A stretch of 64,000 nt of DNA, taken from positions 124,001-188,000 of IMG/VR virus record IMGVR_UViG_3300027771_001853; one strand, 5' to 3'. This document shows positions 10,759-21,732 of the stretch, in pieces. Position 1 is the stretch's first letter. Each line of letters starts with the position of its first letter. The translations under genes and the position numbers were made by a program. A model generated the notes under the pieces. That model ran no database searches. It worked only from the letters and a program-made list of their open reading frames with translations, and was not told the DNA's origin.

Positions 10759-11766
10759 TTATTTTAATTTTTTATATTTTTTCTTTTCTGTTCTTCCTAA
10801 TATTATAAAAGGTTGTAAGTATTCTGACCAACCATCGTCTTTTTTTGGTAGAAACCTAAATAACCCATCTTCCATCATTAATTTCATAACGTTTTTCCAG
10901 TGTCTCCCTGTTGGGTCCAGTGGTGAGTTAATCAATTCGTCTATTTCCTTCTTACTTTCTTCTTTTAGTATAGGTTTTTTTAAATCTATTAATTTAGTCC
11001 CCATAGAATAAAAATCCAAACCAAACTCACCTTCTCTACTTTTACCATTAAGGATGTTATTAGCTATAACATTCTTAGGAGATTCATTAATAATTTCCTT
11101 ACTAATATCAAAAATATAATCAAAATTAATGTATTCTTCTACAACTTTTGGAAACATTTTTAATAAAGTTTTTTCACCTAACTTTTCTATACCACCAAAA
11201 TTATCTGAACTATCACCTACCAAAATTTTAACTAAAGGTATATTACATGGTGGTACAGAAATATGTCTTAAAGGTATTTTATCTTTATATGTTAGTTCAG
11301 TTTTTGTAGACGCAAGATACACTTTCACATCTTCCGATATTAATTGTGTTAAATCTTTATCTACAGTATAAATTGTCTTTTTTTCTTCTGGGGAGTTTTG
11401 ACAATAGTACGCTATACAGTCATCTGCTTCCGCATATTCATACTCTCCTTGTCTTATAAATAAATCTTCTAGGTATTCTTTAACTCTGTTGTGTTGGTAT
11501 TGGAAGGATTCACTATCTTCTCTGACCATATCCCGTTTTCTCCCAACTTTATAAGGTGGGTACAGTTCTCTTCGTTTAACATTGTGTTTTTGTCCATCCC
11601 AAAAAACAACAACCTTATCGTATCCATCATCTATCAAACTTTTTTTAATTGTGTTGACAAAATGAAAGATAGCCCCCACATGTTGTTCGTCATTGTAAAA
11701 GTTTTTTACACCATGGAACCCTATTTTAAATAGGGAATTTCCGTCAATAATAAGAGTGTGTATCAC
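10759..11766 (-). CDS. 5'-3' exonuclease / flap endonuclease (T4 RNase H / PolI N-terminal-like)
   Basis: LIIDGNSL, VFWDG, YPPYK, EADDCIA, DKDLTQL and the helix-hairpin GDSSDNFGGIEKLGEKT. GTG start. Confidence 0.9.
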   Translation of the reverse strand: MIHTLIIDGNSLFKIGFHGVKNFYNDEQHVGAIFHFVNTIKKSLIDDGYDKVVVFWDGQKHNVKRRELYPPYKVGRKRDMVREDSESFQYQHNRVKEYLEDLFIRQGEYEYAEADDCIAYYCQNSPEEKKTIYTVDKDLTQLISEDVKVYLASTKTELTYKDKIPLRHISVPPCNIPLVKILVGDSSDNFGGIEKLGEKTLLKMFPKVVEEYINFDYIFDISKEIINESPKNVIANNILNGKSREGEFGLDFYSMGTKLIDLKKPILKEESKKEIDELINSPLDPTGRHWKNVMKLMMEDGLFRFLPKKDDGWSEYLQPFIILGRTEKKKYKKLK

Positions 11767-11796
11767 TGGTAATTTTTTATAGGTTAAACAACATTT

Positions 11797-12792
11797 TTAG
11801 TACAACTCTCCAGTCTCTTCATCAGAGATGTTGAATCCACCTTCACTACCTATAATCCTATTCCAATATGAGGAATTTTGTTCTTTATACGTATCAATAG
11901 ATTCCTTTTCGTCTTTTTTGTCTCTACCTTTTAAAAACCCGTGTGCTACTATTAAAATCTTACCATCGTCGTATCCTAACCCATTAACGTGGTTTTTCAT
12001 AACAGAAACTTTACTTCTAGTAGCAAATTTAATCTTTCTTTTTTCTTTTGTGGCCGTTATTTTCCCTATACCAGCGTTTTTTTGATTCCCAAATAGGAAA
12101 ACTAGAGTTGAGTTTAACCAAAGAGCTTCACCTCCTTTAGCTTTTATTTTTGGTTGACCGAATGGGTTGTCTGGTAGTTCAACCCAGGGTTGATTTACTA
12201 CCACTAGTGTGTTCATGTATTTCGCACTTTCCTTTCTACTCCCTGAAATTCTTTGGTTAATCCCCATGCCCACTTTATCAGCTAATGCGGCCGCGTTATG
12301 CATTTTCCCACCTTTACCTTCAAAAGTCATTTGACAAGGTACAGAACCAACAGAATCCCATAAAAACAATAAGTCGTATTCTAACTCACCTTTAAGTTGA
12401 GCGTCGATAAGTTCGTTAATATAGTCGGTAATCTGTTCTATGTATTGGAAGTCGTTATTAAAGAGGAAAAATCCGTCCCATTCCCCAGTCTCAGTTTTTT
12501 CACAATCTAGACCCATTAATTTAGCGTGGTCGAAATCCCATTTTTGTTCAGTGATTAAAAAAACTGGTAATATGTTTTTTTTCTGGGCATCAACAGCTGT
12601 TTTAACTAATGCTGTGGTCTTACCAGTATCACTATGTCCTAACATCATATTGATGTGCCCCATAGCCGGACCGGGTAATCCGGTCGCGTCTATAAAGGCT
12701 TCACCCAAATCAAAAAACCTATCTGCTTTGTATATTGCTTTCTTAGAAAACTTTTGTTTAATCTCTGAAAAATTCTTTTTCTTTATTGCCAT
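11797..12792 (-). CDS. uvsX: RecA/UvsX-like recombinase
   Basis: Walker A GHSDTGKT, WDSVGS, VVNQPW and KGGEAL. Confidence 0.85.
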   Translation of the reverse strand: MAIKKKNFSEIKQKFSKKAIYKADRFFDLGEAFIDATGLPGPAMGHINMMLGHSDTGKTTALVKTAVDAQKKNILPVFLITEQKWDFDHAKLMGLDCEKTETGEWDGFFLFNNDFQYIEQITDYINELIDAQLKGELEYDLLFLWDSVGSVPCQMTFEGKGGKMHNAAALADKVGMGINQRISGSRKESAKYMNTLVVVNQPWVELPDNPFGQPKIKAKGGEALWLNSTLVFLFGNQKNAGIGKITATKEKRKIKFATRSKVSVMKNHVNGLGYDDGKILIVAHGFLKGRDKKDEKESIDTYKEQNSSYWNRIIGSEGGFNISDEETGELY

Positions 12793-12801
12793 ATCTTTTT
12801 A

Positions 12802-13671
12802 TTAAAATGGTAAATCCTCATCTTGTGGGGAATTACTTTGTGGGTCCGTAATTTCTTTTTCTGTTTCTGTTTGTTTTGTATCAGTATTCATCTCTGTTTG
12901 TTCTGAGCCTGAATACACATATTTTTTAAGTTCACTATCCCACTCTGGTGTTTCACCTTTTGAGATAGCTTCTAAGTACTCTACAGTTTTCTGTGCGTAA
13001 ACATCTTTCCAAACTTCGTCATTACCTAACCACTCTTCCCTTGAAGTCGCGTCATCACTTAATGTTGATGGGTCTTCTGTCATAATAGTACTTACTGACG
13101 TATATGTTACACCGTTTGGTGATTTAACTTGTTTAAGGATTAGTGTGATGTCTCTACCTTCTTTTTGGTCTGTAATATCACCCCTTTTTTGGAATAGTGG
13201 TACTAGTTTATCCATAATACCGTCACCTTTATAATTGTGTTTAAATCTCCAGAATTTAACACCATCTTCTTCATTTTGTCTATCTACAACTTTAACTATG
13301 TAAAACTTTCTAGACCTGTATTGTCTAGCTAAATCTTTATCTTGTGCATTACCAGTAAGTTTTAAAGCCTCTTCAACATCATTTAAAGGACTTCTATCTC
13401 CAGTAGGTGACCCATCTGCGTTTTTACCTGGGTCGTATAATTTTTGCCATCTTCCTTGAATTTGAACTTCATGGAACCACACTTCTTTAAATGGTGATGA
13501 CCCGTCTTTTGTCGGTAGAATTCTTACTTGTTTTTCACCATCTTTTTGTCCTTTAGGTAGGAAAGCGGCAAAGTATTTTTTTAATCTATCTTCGTTACTC
13601 ACAAATTTCTTTTGTGTGTTTGGTGTCTGGTTTTTCTCGTACTGGTTAAGGATTGCGTCTAAGCTACTCAT
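12802..13671 (-). CDS. Single-stranded DNA-binding protein (T4 gp32-like)
   Basis: VRILP...PFKEVWFH, GVKFWRF and GDITD...GRDI, with an acidic tail ending DEDLPF. Confidence 0.8.
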   Translation of the reverse strand: MSSLDAILNQYEKNQTPNTQKKFVSNEDRLKKYFAAFLPKGQKDGEKQVRILPTKDGSSPFKEVWFHEVQIQGRWQKLYDPGKNADGSPTGDRSPLNDVEEALKLTGNAQDKDLARQYRSRKFYIVKVVDRQNEEDGVKFWRFKHNYKGDGIMDKLVPLFQKRGDITDQKEGRDITLILKQVKSPNGVTYTSVSTIMTEDPSTLSDDATSREEWLGNDEVWKDVYAQKTVEYLEAISKGETPEWDSELKKYVYSGSEQTEMNTDTKQTETEKEITDPQSNSPQDEDLPF

Positions 13672-13730
13672 AATTTTGTTTTTTTTTAATTAGTTAATTT
13701 TATATTCGAATTTTTATTTAAAATATAGAC

Positions 13731-13760
13731 AAAAAAAAAGACGAGGTAAAGTCCCCGTCC
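13731..13760 (-). terminator. Rho-independent terminator
   Basis: Minus strand GACGGGG-ACTTTA-CCTCGTC followed by T9, downstream of the 257-aa gene. Confidence 0.75.
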
Positions 13761-13791
13761 AATTATTTTAAATTATTTTTTGTCGAGAATA

Positions 13792-14565
13792 TTATCTAAA
13801 CACTTTTAACTTTCTTTCATAATCGTTTTCATTAGTTTCTTCTTTCTCTGGACCATCTAAACTAGCTTCTATTTCAGCGTCATTATAATTTTCTACGTCT
13901 TCTTGTGTTAAAACATACTCATTTTTTCCTGACTTTTCCATCTCTGGCTTTTTTTCTGCAAAAAAGTCATCTGGTGTTTGGTTAAATGGCCCACTATCCA
14001 ATGACCTCATTTCTAATCTTTCTTTTGGGGTTGGGGGTCTTAGTGATTCAATTTGACCTTCAAGGGCTTCTATATTAGCCATAACTTGGTCCATATCACC
14101 TAATTTAGATTCTAAGTTATCTAATTTAGACAATAAACTATCGATTTTTCCACTTTGTTTATCTATCCCCTCAGATGCTTTACCAGCCTTATCACTTGCT
14201 TCTTTCGCTGTATCCACAATATCAGTAACATCCACTTCTTCGGTACCACCGGAATCGTCAGTAGTTTCAGTCTCCATTTCTTCATCACCACCTTCAACAT
14301 CCATATCCATGTCCATGTCCATTTCTTCGTCACCACCAGGTACTTCTACCGATGACATCTCTAAGTCATCTCCACCTTCAGTATCTTCTAAATCCATATC
14401 TTCTTCAGGAGCATCAGTTTCTTGTTCACCTAATTCAGTTTTACCCCAAGGGTTTGCCGCGGCAAAACCTAAAGTCATTTCGTCTAGGTTGTTTACGTAC
14501 CCACCTATCTCATTAAACCTTTTAATTTCTTCTGTTAAAATTTTATCTACTTTCATATTAGCCAT
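13792..14565 (-). CDS. Acidic, partly coiled-coil protein (possible prohead core / internal protein)
   Basis: D/E/M-rich low-complexity middle, a heptad segment (IDSLLSKLDNLESKLGDMDQVMANIEALEGQI) and N-terminal ILTEEIKRF. Confidence 0.55.
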   Translation of the reverse strand: MANMKVDKILTEEIKRFNEIGGYVNNLDEMTLGFAAANPWGKTELGEQETDAPEEDMDLEDTEGGDDLEMSSVEVPGGDEEMDMDMDMDVEGGDEEMETETTDDSGGTEEVDVTDIVDTAKEASDKAGKASEGIDKQSGKIDSLLSKLDNLESKLGDMDQVMANIEALEGQIESLRPPTPKERLEMRSLDSGPFNQTPDDFFAEKKPEMEKSGKNEYVLTQEDVENYNDAEIEASLDGPEKEETNENDYERKLKVFR

Positions 14566-14764
14566 TTAAAAGAGTCCTACCATCTTCTGTTATCATTGTT
14601 TTATTAACCTTTTCTACTAAGCCATCTTTAGTTTTGATTGTGTGACATTCCCCTGTCTCCAAATCACAAACTTCAGTCATACCATTACCTAGGTTGGTTT
14701 CTTTAATTCTTCTTTTCTCGTTACCAAGAAAATTGTTTAATGTGTTTTCTAATTTTTCTGACAT
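14558..14764 (-). CDS. Small hypothetical protein
   Basis: 68-aa ORF (VCDLETGEC) with TATTTAT 14 nt upstream, translationally coupled to the next gene. Confidence 0.7.
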   Translation of the reverse strand: MSEKLENTLNNFLGNEKRRIKETNLGNGMTEVCDLETGECHTIKTKDGLVEKVNKTMITEDGRTLLNG

Positions 14765-14804
14765 AATTGCTTTTTATTATAAATATACAGTTATTAAACA
14801 AATG

Positions 14805-17800
14805 TTAAGTTATATCTCTTCTATTTTCCCATGTGAAATCCCCATCCTTATAAAACACTGGTTTTGGACTGTTAACGGTCCATCCACCCATAAAAGGTAA
14901 ATAGGTAAATCCGTTATCGGTGTAAAACGACGTAGCTTCCGTCTCATTTAAAGGATTCCCTTTTGCGTCTATTTTCATACTACTATCACCGTAACTTGTT
15001 GTCCAACTAACAGCCGCTGACATATATTCCATAATTTTATTTTGTAAATCAGTACCGAAATTACCATTTAAAGCGTCAGGTACTTTAAAACACGGACATC
15101 TTTTACTAGCGAATTGGTTATGACCATAAATTACTTTCTTTAAATAACTTACTGGTATTGGATTCGTATCAGCTTGTTTGTGTTCTTGGTCAGTATCATC
15201 CGGGAAAAATATCCTTAGAGTTGAACCTGACTCGTCCCTCAATAACCCCGGCATTGCTTGGCCATACACAACAATTAAAATCCTAGATTTAAATAAAAGA
15301 TAAACTAATAGATTAACTAAAGACTCTTTCTGGGCTGTAGTAGCATAAGGGTTAGTACCAGTAGGTGTGGAATCGTATGTACCTTTTTTTGCACAATTCG
15401 CTACCATTGATATCCCATAACTTATACTATTTTTACCTCTAGTGTGTGCCCCTACCTTATCTGAAGGTCTTCCCGCCATAATAACTCCGTCTGGTTGACT
15501 ACCTCCGGTCCCTCTAGATATTAGGTAGTGATAACCTATCCCCGAGAAACCTCGATTTATATGTTGTCGGTTTATCTCTATAACCGGATTAGGTCCATAA
15601 TCTTCTCCCGCTGTAACATGTACAACTATCATTCTAATAGAACCGTTTGGTCCTGGTTTACTTGAACTTGTAAACCCTGGTGGGTCAGTGTATTTTGTAC
15701 CTTCAGGGTTAAATCCACCTTGTGACCTCTCTATCTCTCTCTTTTTCTTAACTCTATTTAGGTAACTTTTGTTAACTCTAGCAACTAGGTTTGAAATGTC
15801 TGGTAATTTATAGAAAGGTGACCTTACCCCCTCAAAACTAGTATTCATATCATTAGGTGTAATACTATGTGTTACTTTTGTTATTAGATATGGACCATTA
15901 AACATTGGTACATGTCTTAACATAAAATACATTGTTGGTTGTATGGTAGCATTACCCATAGCTTCTACTTTACACGTATAAGACCTACTTCTATATACAT
16001 TAAATAAACTAGTACCTTGTGTTGCTATATCTCTACCACTCTGAGAATCTGCGATTTGTTGTGTTAGTGAAAAAGTTTCCGAGGTATTTTGGAAGTCTGC
16101 TTGGTCCAAACTTATTCCTTTAAACATGTTTTGATTCTCCAAACCAAAATCCACAGCAAAAGCTACAACTTTATTACATTTCCCAGGATTGTCACACACA
16201 TTAAATAAAGGGTTATCAGCTGTACGACCTAATAAGAAAGAATCAGTCTTATATCTATATTGGTCTGTTTGCATATCTGGATGTTGTGACCTTTCACCAA
16301 CATACATACAAATAAATTTAGGTCCAGTATCTACCGTATCAACCTCTAAGTGTGTCCCAAATAAACTATTAGCTTCCTCAGTACTAGTAAATCTAGATAA
16401 GGCTTCATTATTTACTGTTTGGGTACCGTAAAAATTAATATAGGTCGGTAGTGGTAGGAATAAGAAATAATTACTATCTAGTAAGGAACCTAATAAGTTA
16501 TAGAATGAGGCACCAGCATTTTCGGGGTTAGTGAAAGACTTTAATGCGTACACATCCATTATGGCTGTGGACCCAATATCTCTATTAGCCCTATCTAAAA
16601 ACATAAAGTCTTCAAAAATAGTTTTATTTTGTACATCAGTACCGGAAATCCATTTATTGTTTAGTGTCTGGAATTGTAGATATAATTCTAATTTTTGTTC
16701 ATCACTCTCCAACATACTTTGAAATTCCCCAACTTTTTCTTCTGGTGTGTCAGGCATTACTTCTTTTACCTTCAAAAAAGTCTCTTCCAGCATTTGTATT
16801 TGTCCTTGGTATAGGTCATCTAATCCAGTACTAAGGTAACCAATAAATTCTGTTCTAGTTATGGGACCATTTAAAGTAACATATGTGATATATTGTCTTA
16901 TAATGGTATACAACCTTTCTATATTAGGTGTTGAGAATTCAACGTCCATAACCCTAAAGAAATCAAACACATACGAACCAGTATCCGAATATTTTAAAAA
17001 GTCGTCACTAAAGAAACCTAGTTTAGTCCTTAAAGCTCTAAACTCTAAAGTGTTACTTGTTTCTGATGCTGCTAATGTAATATCTGGTGGTAAATTATAA
17101 CCATACGTACCAAAATCATAATAATCTGTTTCACCAACAAAAGACCTTAGACTTAGTAAATCTAGTTGGTTTGGGTTGGATAGTCTTAGGGCGACATTTA
17201 TCCCTAAAAATAACTTTAACTTTTCATGTAGTTTCTTGGTTTGTGCATTAGCTAATTGTTTACCAAAATCAGTACTATTATTACTAGGTGCACCTACCCT
17301 ATCTTTCTCTAATATAATAAAACTCCTCATTAGTGACTGGAAGTTTTTTATATCCCCAGACCCAAAGTTACCATATGGTGTCGTAATCGTAGTACCACTA
17401 TTTGGGTTACCAGGATTAAGACCAGCCATATTATTATTAAATTTACTAGAAGATGATGAGAAGTTTAAGAAGTATTCTTCAAAATTATCTAATATGTTAT
17501 CATCAAATATGTCAAATATTTCTTCTATAGTGTCATAACATTCGTTATCGTTTTCACAAAATAATATATCAAAATCATCTTGTGAATTATGCTTTGTGTC
17601 TATTTTTTTAATATATCTATCTGGTGGTGGAAAACTAGTCTCATTATGCTCGAAGAACCCATAAGGTGATAATCCCCACGCGAATCTAGTTGCTCCATTA
17701 TGGGTAGATTTCGACCCATATATTTCTTTTTTTAATGTACCTACGGAATCAAAAAACTCATTTTTAGTTTGAGCGTATTTTAATCCTCCAGTTGAGGGGT

Positions 17801-20800
17801 ATAGTAGGTATGAGGATGAGTGCCCAGAATACAGACTATCTTTTTCCATATCGTAGTAACTATACCAAAACGAACAACTCATATCTCTTTGTGGGTTACT
17901 GGTATCAAAACCAGGATTGGCTAGTATGGTAACACCATCACTTCTTTTAACATTTAATAAGTCATTGTTAATGTAAAAATCTATTTCTGGACTTGTGTAA
18001 TTAGTACTAAATAATAAAGAACCCGTTACGAAGTAATTGGTTAGATTTATCATTTCTGGATAAAACCCTAAATCTATTTTTTCAAAATTACCACCTATAG
18101 GTCTTTCTGAACTGAACAATATTTGTGTTCCACCATTACCTAGACTTAGTGTGTATTGGTGTGATAGTTGTGGTGCTACACTATTAGGGTTAAAGGCTTT
18201 TGCTGCGTCGAAATCTTTCCATACACTAGTTAAAGTATCCGTACCAAAATTAACATGTTGTTTGTATCTATGCCATAATGCACCATACTTTAGAATCCAC
18301 GCATATGGTATTCTGTGTACAGCTGCTAGTTGATTTAGGTTAGCGAAGGCATAATCACCGTAAGTGATTTTTCTGTCATTAATAATATTAACATCATCTA
18401 TAGATTCTAATAATTTTTCTCTAGTTGTCGGTACTGGTAATGAATTTACAAATAAGAAAGCTGCATTTTTGTACGCATATGGCGAGTCATTCATTTCGTT
18501 TATAGTACCCTCTTTTATAGCATTTGTAAAATAAGGAGTATTCAACATAGAAGCTATTTGTGTACCCAATCTAGAAAACTCTGTTTCCACACCTGGTGAA
18601 TCAGTTTCTGGGACACCAGCACCTATCTTATAAGTTATCTTTCCTTCAGTTAAGAACCTCAACTGATTTTTACCCTTTGTGGTATTACCCAATGTGTTCC
18701 ACCCTAAAACAGTATCTTTATAGTATTTCGGCCAATTAGCGTATAACCCTGGGGTTATCAATTCATTACGTCTACTTATTAGACTGGTCCAATTTTTAAA
18801 GAAATTATCAGTATAATATGTGGAGTTTTGTGTTTTGTTACCGTCTATTTTTAATTGTGTATCTGTGAAAAAACCATACTTATTAAACTCTGTATCTATA
18901 TCTATATTTTTATCTATGTTATAAAACTCTTGGTAACTTGGTTTAACATACCCTGATTGTGCTTCACAATTTGCTAAATTATTCTTTATCCAATCACCTA
19001 CCGCTACTTGTGGGTCTAGTGGGTAAACAAAAGGATACGTATCGTATATTTGTTTATCGTTTCTAATTTTAGGTTTAGATATAAACTTTTTTATTAGTGT
19101 CAAAGAATCATCTTCTTTTACTCTATTCCTGTACTTTTTAAAATCATCAATCGAAGTTATACTAAAATTCCTCTCCAAAATCTCCTCCCTAATGTAAGGT
19201 GTACTGTAGTTATTCCTCACCAATAAAGGCCAATTTGTTAATGGTGATATTTCTCTTAGGTAATCTAGAAATGTTTGGTAATCGAAATTTTGGTTTTTTA
19301 ATTTTTCTTGTAAATTATAACTAGTGGTGGATAGTTTGGATATATTGACCGACTCTAAACCCCCTAAAGCTCTCATAGTTAAAAGTGAAGAGTCTGAAGC
19401 TAGTCTTGTGTTAATACCACTAAAGAAAGAACACATTACAGACCTATCATATATCTCATACATAAACGGTGCTTGTGATATATTATCATAAAAATTCTCG
19501 TCTAACCCATACCCTATAGCTGTAACAGGTCCATAACCTGAAGATTCACCACTTTCTTGGTCTAACCCAAGATTTGGTGTTTTGCCCCTTAGGGTTGAAG
19601 CTCGTAAATATTCTTCGACAAACCCGACCTCTGGCCACTTTTCAAATTTATAAGCTTCGGTTTGTCTAATAACACTTCTAGCTGCGGGATATGTTAAAAC
19701 AAAATCTTGTCCCCCATTTTCATTTTCTTGCCTAACGTAATAACTAGGCCATGGATACACAAAATTATCTTTAGGTAGTATAGGTTCCACACTAGTGGTA
19801 CCCATAGTATTAACAACTTCTAACCTTTTTTTATCATCCCTAACAGACATAGAATCCGTATGTACATCATCCATAAGTCTAAGGAATGTATCTACAGACG
19901 CACATAACATCCCAAAAACATTTCTTATGGTTGGGGAAAAACCTAGGCCTTTATCACTTTCCACTATAGCGTTTATTCTTTTAGAAACGTCCTTTTCTAA
20001 AGATTGTCTTTTTTTATTAAATTCTTCATAGATGTTAGCTAATTTTTCATCAAAACTATTAGGGTCCAAAGTAAATAAAAAATATTCTACGTTCTCTGGA
20101 GCACCATCAATAGTGTCCGCACCTAAAAATATATCCTCAAAACTTATATCCACATCTATTTTTAATGTTTGTTTCTTACCATCAATGTTAACTTTTTTAC
20201 CTATCCCAAATGTAGCGTTTTTTTCTAGTCTCCCGACGCCTTCACTTATAATAGTTTTTAGTTCATCTAACGAGTCTTTTCTTTTTTGTGGGTCTTCACC
20301 TATTTTATCTTTCCAAGTATAGTAGAGAGCACCTGTACCAATACTAGTGTAGTTTGGTGGTTCGGTTGTAGCCATATTTCTATAACTCCAACTAGCTGGA
20401 CCGATTATTCTAGCTCTTAAGGAGTCAATATGTGCTTCATAAGATTTTACGTCGTCTAATGAGTCCATCTCAACATCATCTAACCCTTCTTCTATCGCTT
20501 TCTCTAAAGAGTCTATCCTTTGTACTAATTCCGATATTGTAAGTTCTGGTAGAGCGTCAGGTAATATATCTTTTCTTTTATATATCTGATATATTTCTTT
20601 CATTGTTTGGTAACCTCTTGTACTAACCAAACTCTTTTTATTTTCATCATCCTCAGACGCAAAATCATATGTTCTAGAGTACATATAAGGAGCGTTTAAA
20701 ATCTCTGCCGCTGTAATATCAGATAAAAGAGCGTAAGTCCTACCTACAAAATTACAGGTAACTTTATAATTTCCACTTCCTGGGTCAAAACTAGCATTAA

Positions 20801-21422
20801 ATTTATGCATCATTAGTTGATAGGTCACTGCCTTACCATAAAAACCCTTAATAGTTAATAAAAATAAAGGGTAAGGCATATGGAAAAATACAGAGTATGG
20901 TGAGTTAGCACCTTGTTCGAATAAGGTTTTACCTCTAACATCAACAAAATTAATAGTGACAGTTGGTATCCATGCAGAATTCATACTAATTTGTATGCTT
21001 TCTATACCAAATGAACCAGTATCTAATTTATTATCAATCTGTACTCTTGGTACCTGTTGTTGGGTATTTGGGTCTGTGGTGTTAACTACTTTCTGTTGGT
21101 TGACTTCTGGGTTGGTGAATTGTTCTGTCCAATCACTGGTCATGTATTGTCTAGGTTGTCCTGCTTTTTGTTCACGTAAAAAACTAACTTCCCCATCAAA
21201 TAAATCCACAAATGATTCCGCTTGTACCGCATCACCAACTATAATTTTACTTCTAGGTACTATCTTAGCTCTTAAATTAGCGTAGATAACCAAATTTTCG
21301 TGTCGAGCAAGGCGTGCCTCAGGCTTACCATCCTTAACAACCTTATTGGGGTCACATAGTATTATATTATTCTCGTTAAACTCAACAAGAATATTTTCCG
21401 AATTAATTATTTCATCTGCCAT
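14805..21422 (-). CDS. Giant baseplate hub-like protein with C-terminal Zn N-acetylmuramoyl-L-alanine amidase (Amidase_2 / T7 lysozyme-like)
   Basis: N-terminus FGIESIQI...FVDVRGKTLF. Hub-like C-terminal segment YTCKVEAMGNATIQPTMYF...GPYLITKVTHSI, then IVVHVTA, GIGYHYLI, GAHTRGKNSISYGI and GHNQFASKRCP. Confidence 0.75.
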   Translation of the reverse strand: MADEIINSENILVEFNENNIILCDPNKVVKDGKPEARLARHENLVIYANLRAKIVPRSKIIVGDAVQAESFVDLFDGEVSFLREQKAGQPRQYMTSDWTEQFTNPEVNQQKVVNTTDPNTQQQVPRVQIDNKLDTGSFGIESIQISMNSAWIPTVTINFVDVRGKTLFEQGANSPYSVFFHMPYPLFLLTIKGFYGKAVTYQLMMHKFNASFDPGSGNYKVTCNFVGRTYALLSDITAAEILNAPYMYSRTYDFASEDDENKKSLVSTRGYQTMKEIYQIYKRKDILPDALPELTISELVQRIDSLEKAIEEGLDDVEMDSLDDVKSYEAHIDSLRARIIGPASWSYRNMATTEPPNYTSIGTGALYYTWKDKIGEDPQKRKDSLDELKTIISEGVGRLEKNATFGIGKKVNIDGKKQTLKIDVDISFEDIFLGADTIDGAPENVEYFLFTLDPNSFDEKLANIYEEFNKKRQSLEKDVSKRINAIVESDKGLGFSPTIRNVFGMLCASVDTFLRLMDDVHTDSMSVRDDKKRLEVVNTMGTTSVEPILPKDNFVYPWPSYYVRQENENGGQDFVLTYPAARSVIRQTEAYKFEKWPEVGFVEEYLRASTLRGKTPNLGLDQESGESSGYGPVTAIGYGLDENFYDNISQAPFMYEIYDRSVMCSFFSGINTRLASDSSLLTMRALGGLESVNISKLSTTSYNLQEKLKNQNFDYQTFLDYLREISPLTNWPLLVRNNYSTPYIREEILERNFSITSIDDFKKYRNRVKEDDSLTLIKKFISKPKIRNDKQIYDTYPFVYPLDPQVAVGDWIKNNLANCEAQSGYVKPSYQEFYNIDKNIDIDTEFNKYGFFTDTQLKIDGNKTQNSTYYTDNFFKNWTSLISRRNELITPGLYANWPKYYKDTVLGWNTLGNTTKGKNQLRFLTEGKITYKIGAGVPETDSPGVETEFSRLGTQIASMLNTPYFTNAIKEGTINEMNDSPYAYKNAAFLFVNSLPVPTTREKLLESIDDVNIINDRKITYGDYAFANLNQLAAVHRIPYAWILKYGALWHRYKQHVNFGTDTLTSVWKDFDAAKAFNPNSVAPQLSHQYTLSLGNGGTQILFSSERPIGGNFEKIDLGFYPEMINLTNYFVTGSLLFSTNYTSPEIDFYINNDLLNVKRSDGVTILANPGFDTSNPQRDMSCSFWYSYYDMEKDSLYSGHSSSYLLYPSTGGLKYAQTKNEFFDSVGTLKKEIYGSKSTHNGATRFAWGLSPYGFFEHNETSFPPPDRYIKKIDTKHNSQDDFDILFCENDNECYDTIEEIFDIFDDNILDNFEEYFLNFSSSSSKFNNNMAGLNPGNPNSGTTITTPYGNFGSGDIKNFQSLMRSFIILEKDRVGAPSNNSTDFGKQLANAQTKKLHEKLKLFLGINVALRLSNPNQLDLLSLRSFVGETDYYDFGTYGYNLPPDITLAASETSNTLEFRALRTKLGFFSDDFLKYSDTGSYVFDFFRVMDVEFSTPNIERLYTIIRQYITYVTLNGPITRTEFIGYLSTGLDDLYQGQIQMLEETFLKVKEVMPDTPEEKVGEFQSMLESDEQKLELYLQFQTLNNKWISGTDVQNKTIFEDFMFLDRANRDIGSTAIMDVYALKSFTNPENAGASFYNLLGSLLDSNYFLFLPLPTYINFYGTQTVNNEALSRFTSTEEANSLFGTHLEVDTVDTGPKFICMYVGERSQHPDMQTDQYRYKTDSFLLGRTADNPLFNVCDNPGKCNKVVAFAVDFGLENQNMFKGISLDQADFQNTSETFSLTQQIADSQSGRDIATQGTSLFNVYRSRSYTCKVEAMGNATIQPTMYFMLRHVPMFNGPYLITKVTHSITPNDMNTSFEGVRSPFYKLPDISNLVARVNKSYLNRVKKKREIERSQGGFNPEGTKYTDPPGFTSSSKPGPNGSIRMIVVHVTAGEDYGPNPVIEINRQHINRGFSGIGYHYLISRGTGGSQPDGVIMAGRPSDKVGAHTRGKNSISYGISMVANCAKKGTYDSTPTGTNPYATTAQKESLVNLLVYLLFKSRILIVVYGQAMPGLLRDESGSTLRIFFPDDTDQEHKQADTNPIPVSYLKKVIYGHNQFASKRCPCFKVPDALNGNFGTDLQNKIMEYMSAAVSWTTSYGDSSMKIDAKGNPLNETEATSFYTDNGFTYLPFMGGWTVNSPKPVFYKDGDFTWENRRDIT

Positions 21423-21732
21423 AAAAGAAGAAGTGGTTTTCGACTGCCTGCTTATAGTCTTGTAAAGAAGCTACTAGAGGATAAGGAATAATCAATATTC
21501 TTCCGTCAGGAATATTCCACTCTAACCCACCGTATGTAGGGTTAGCTGCCATTATCAACCAACCAAAGTATGGGGAACCGTAATATTCTTCACTAAATTT
21601 ATCCATTCTACTTTTTCCCATTTTATATATAACCTTCTTATCGGTAGTTTTAGATGGTAAAGTAACAAATGGCACTGTTTGTGATTGTCCATTGATGGAA
21701 AATTGTGCGTATCTATTGTAGTATTGTGACAT
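21412..21732 (-). CDS. Small baseplate protein, LysM-like (gp53 / tail-X-like)
   Basis: RMDKFSEEYYGSPYFGWLIMAANP...IPDGRILIIP. Confidence 0.75.
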   Translation of the reverse strand: MSQYYNRYAQFSINGQSQTVPFVTLPSKTTDKKVIYKMGKSRMDKFSEEYYGSPYFGWLIMAANPTYGGLEWNIPDGRILIIPYPLVASLQDYKQAVENHFFFYGR

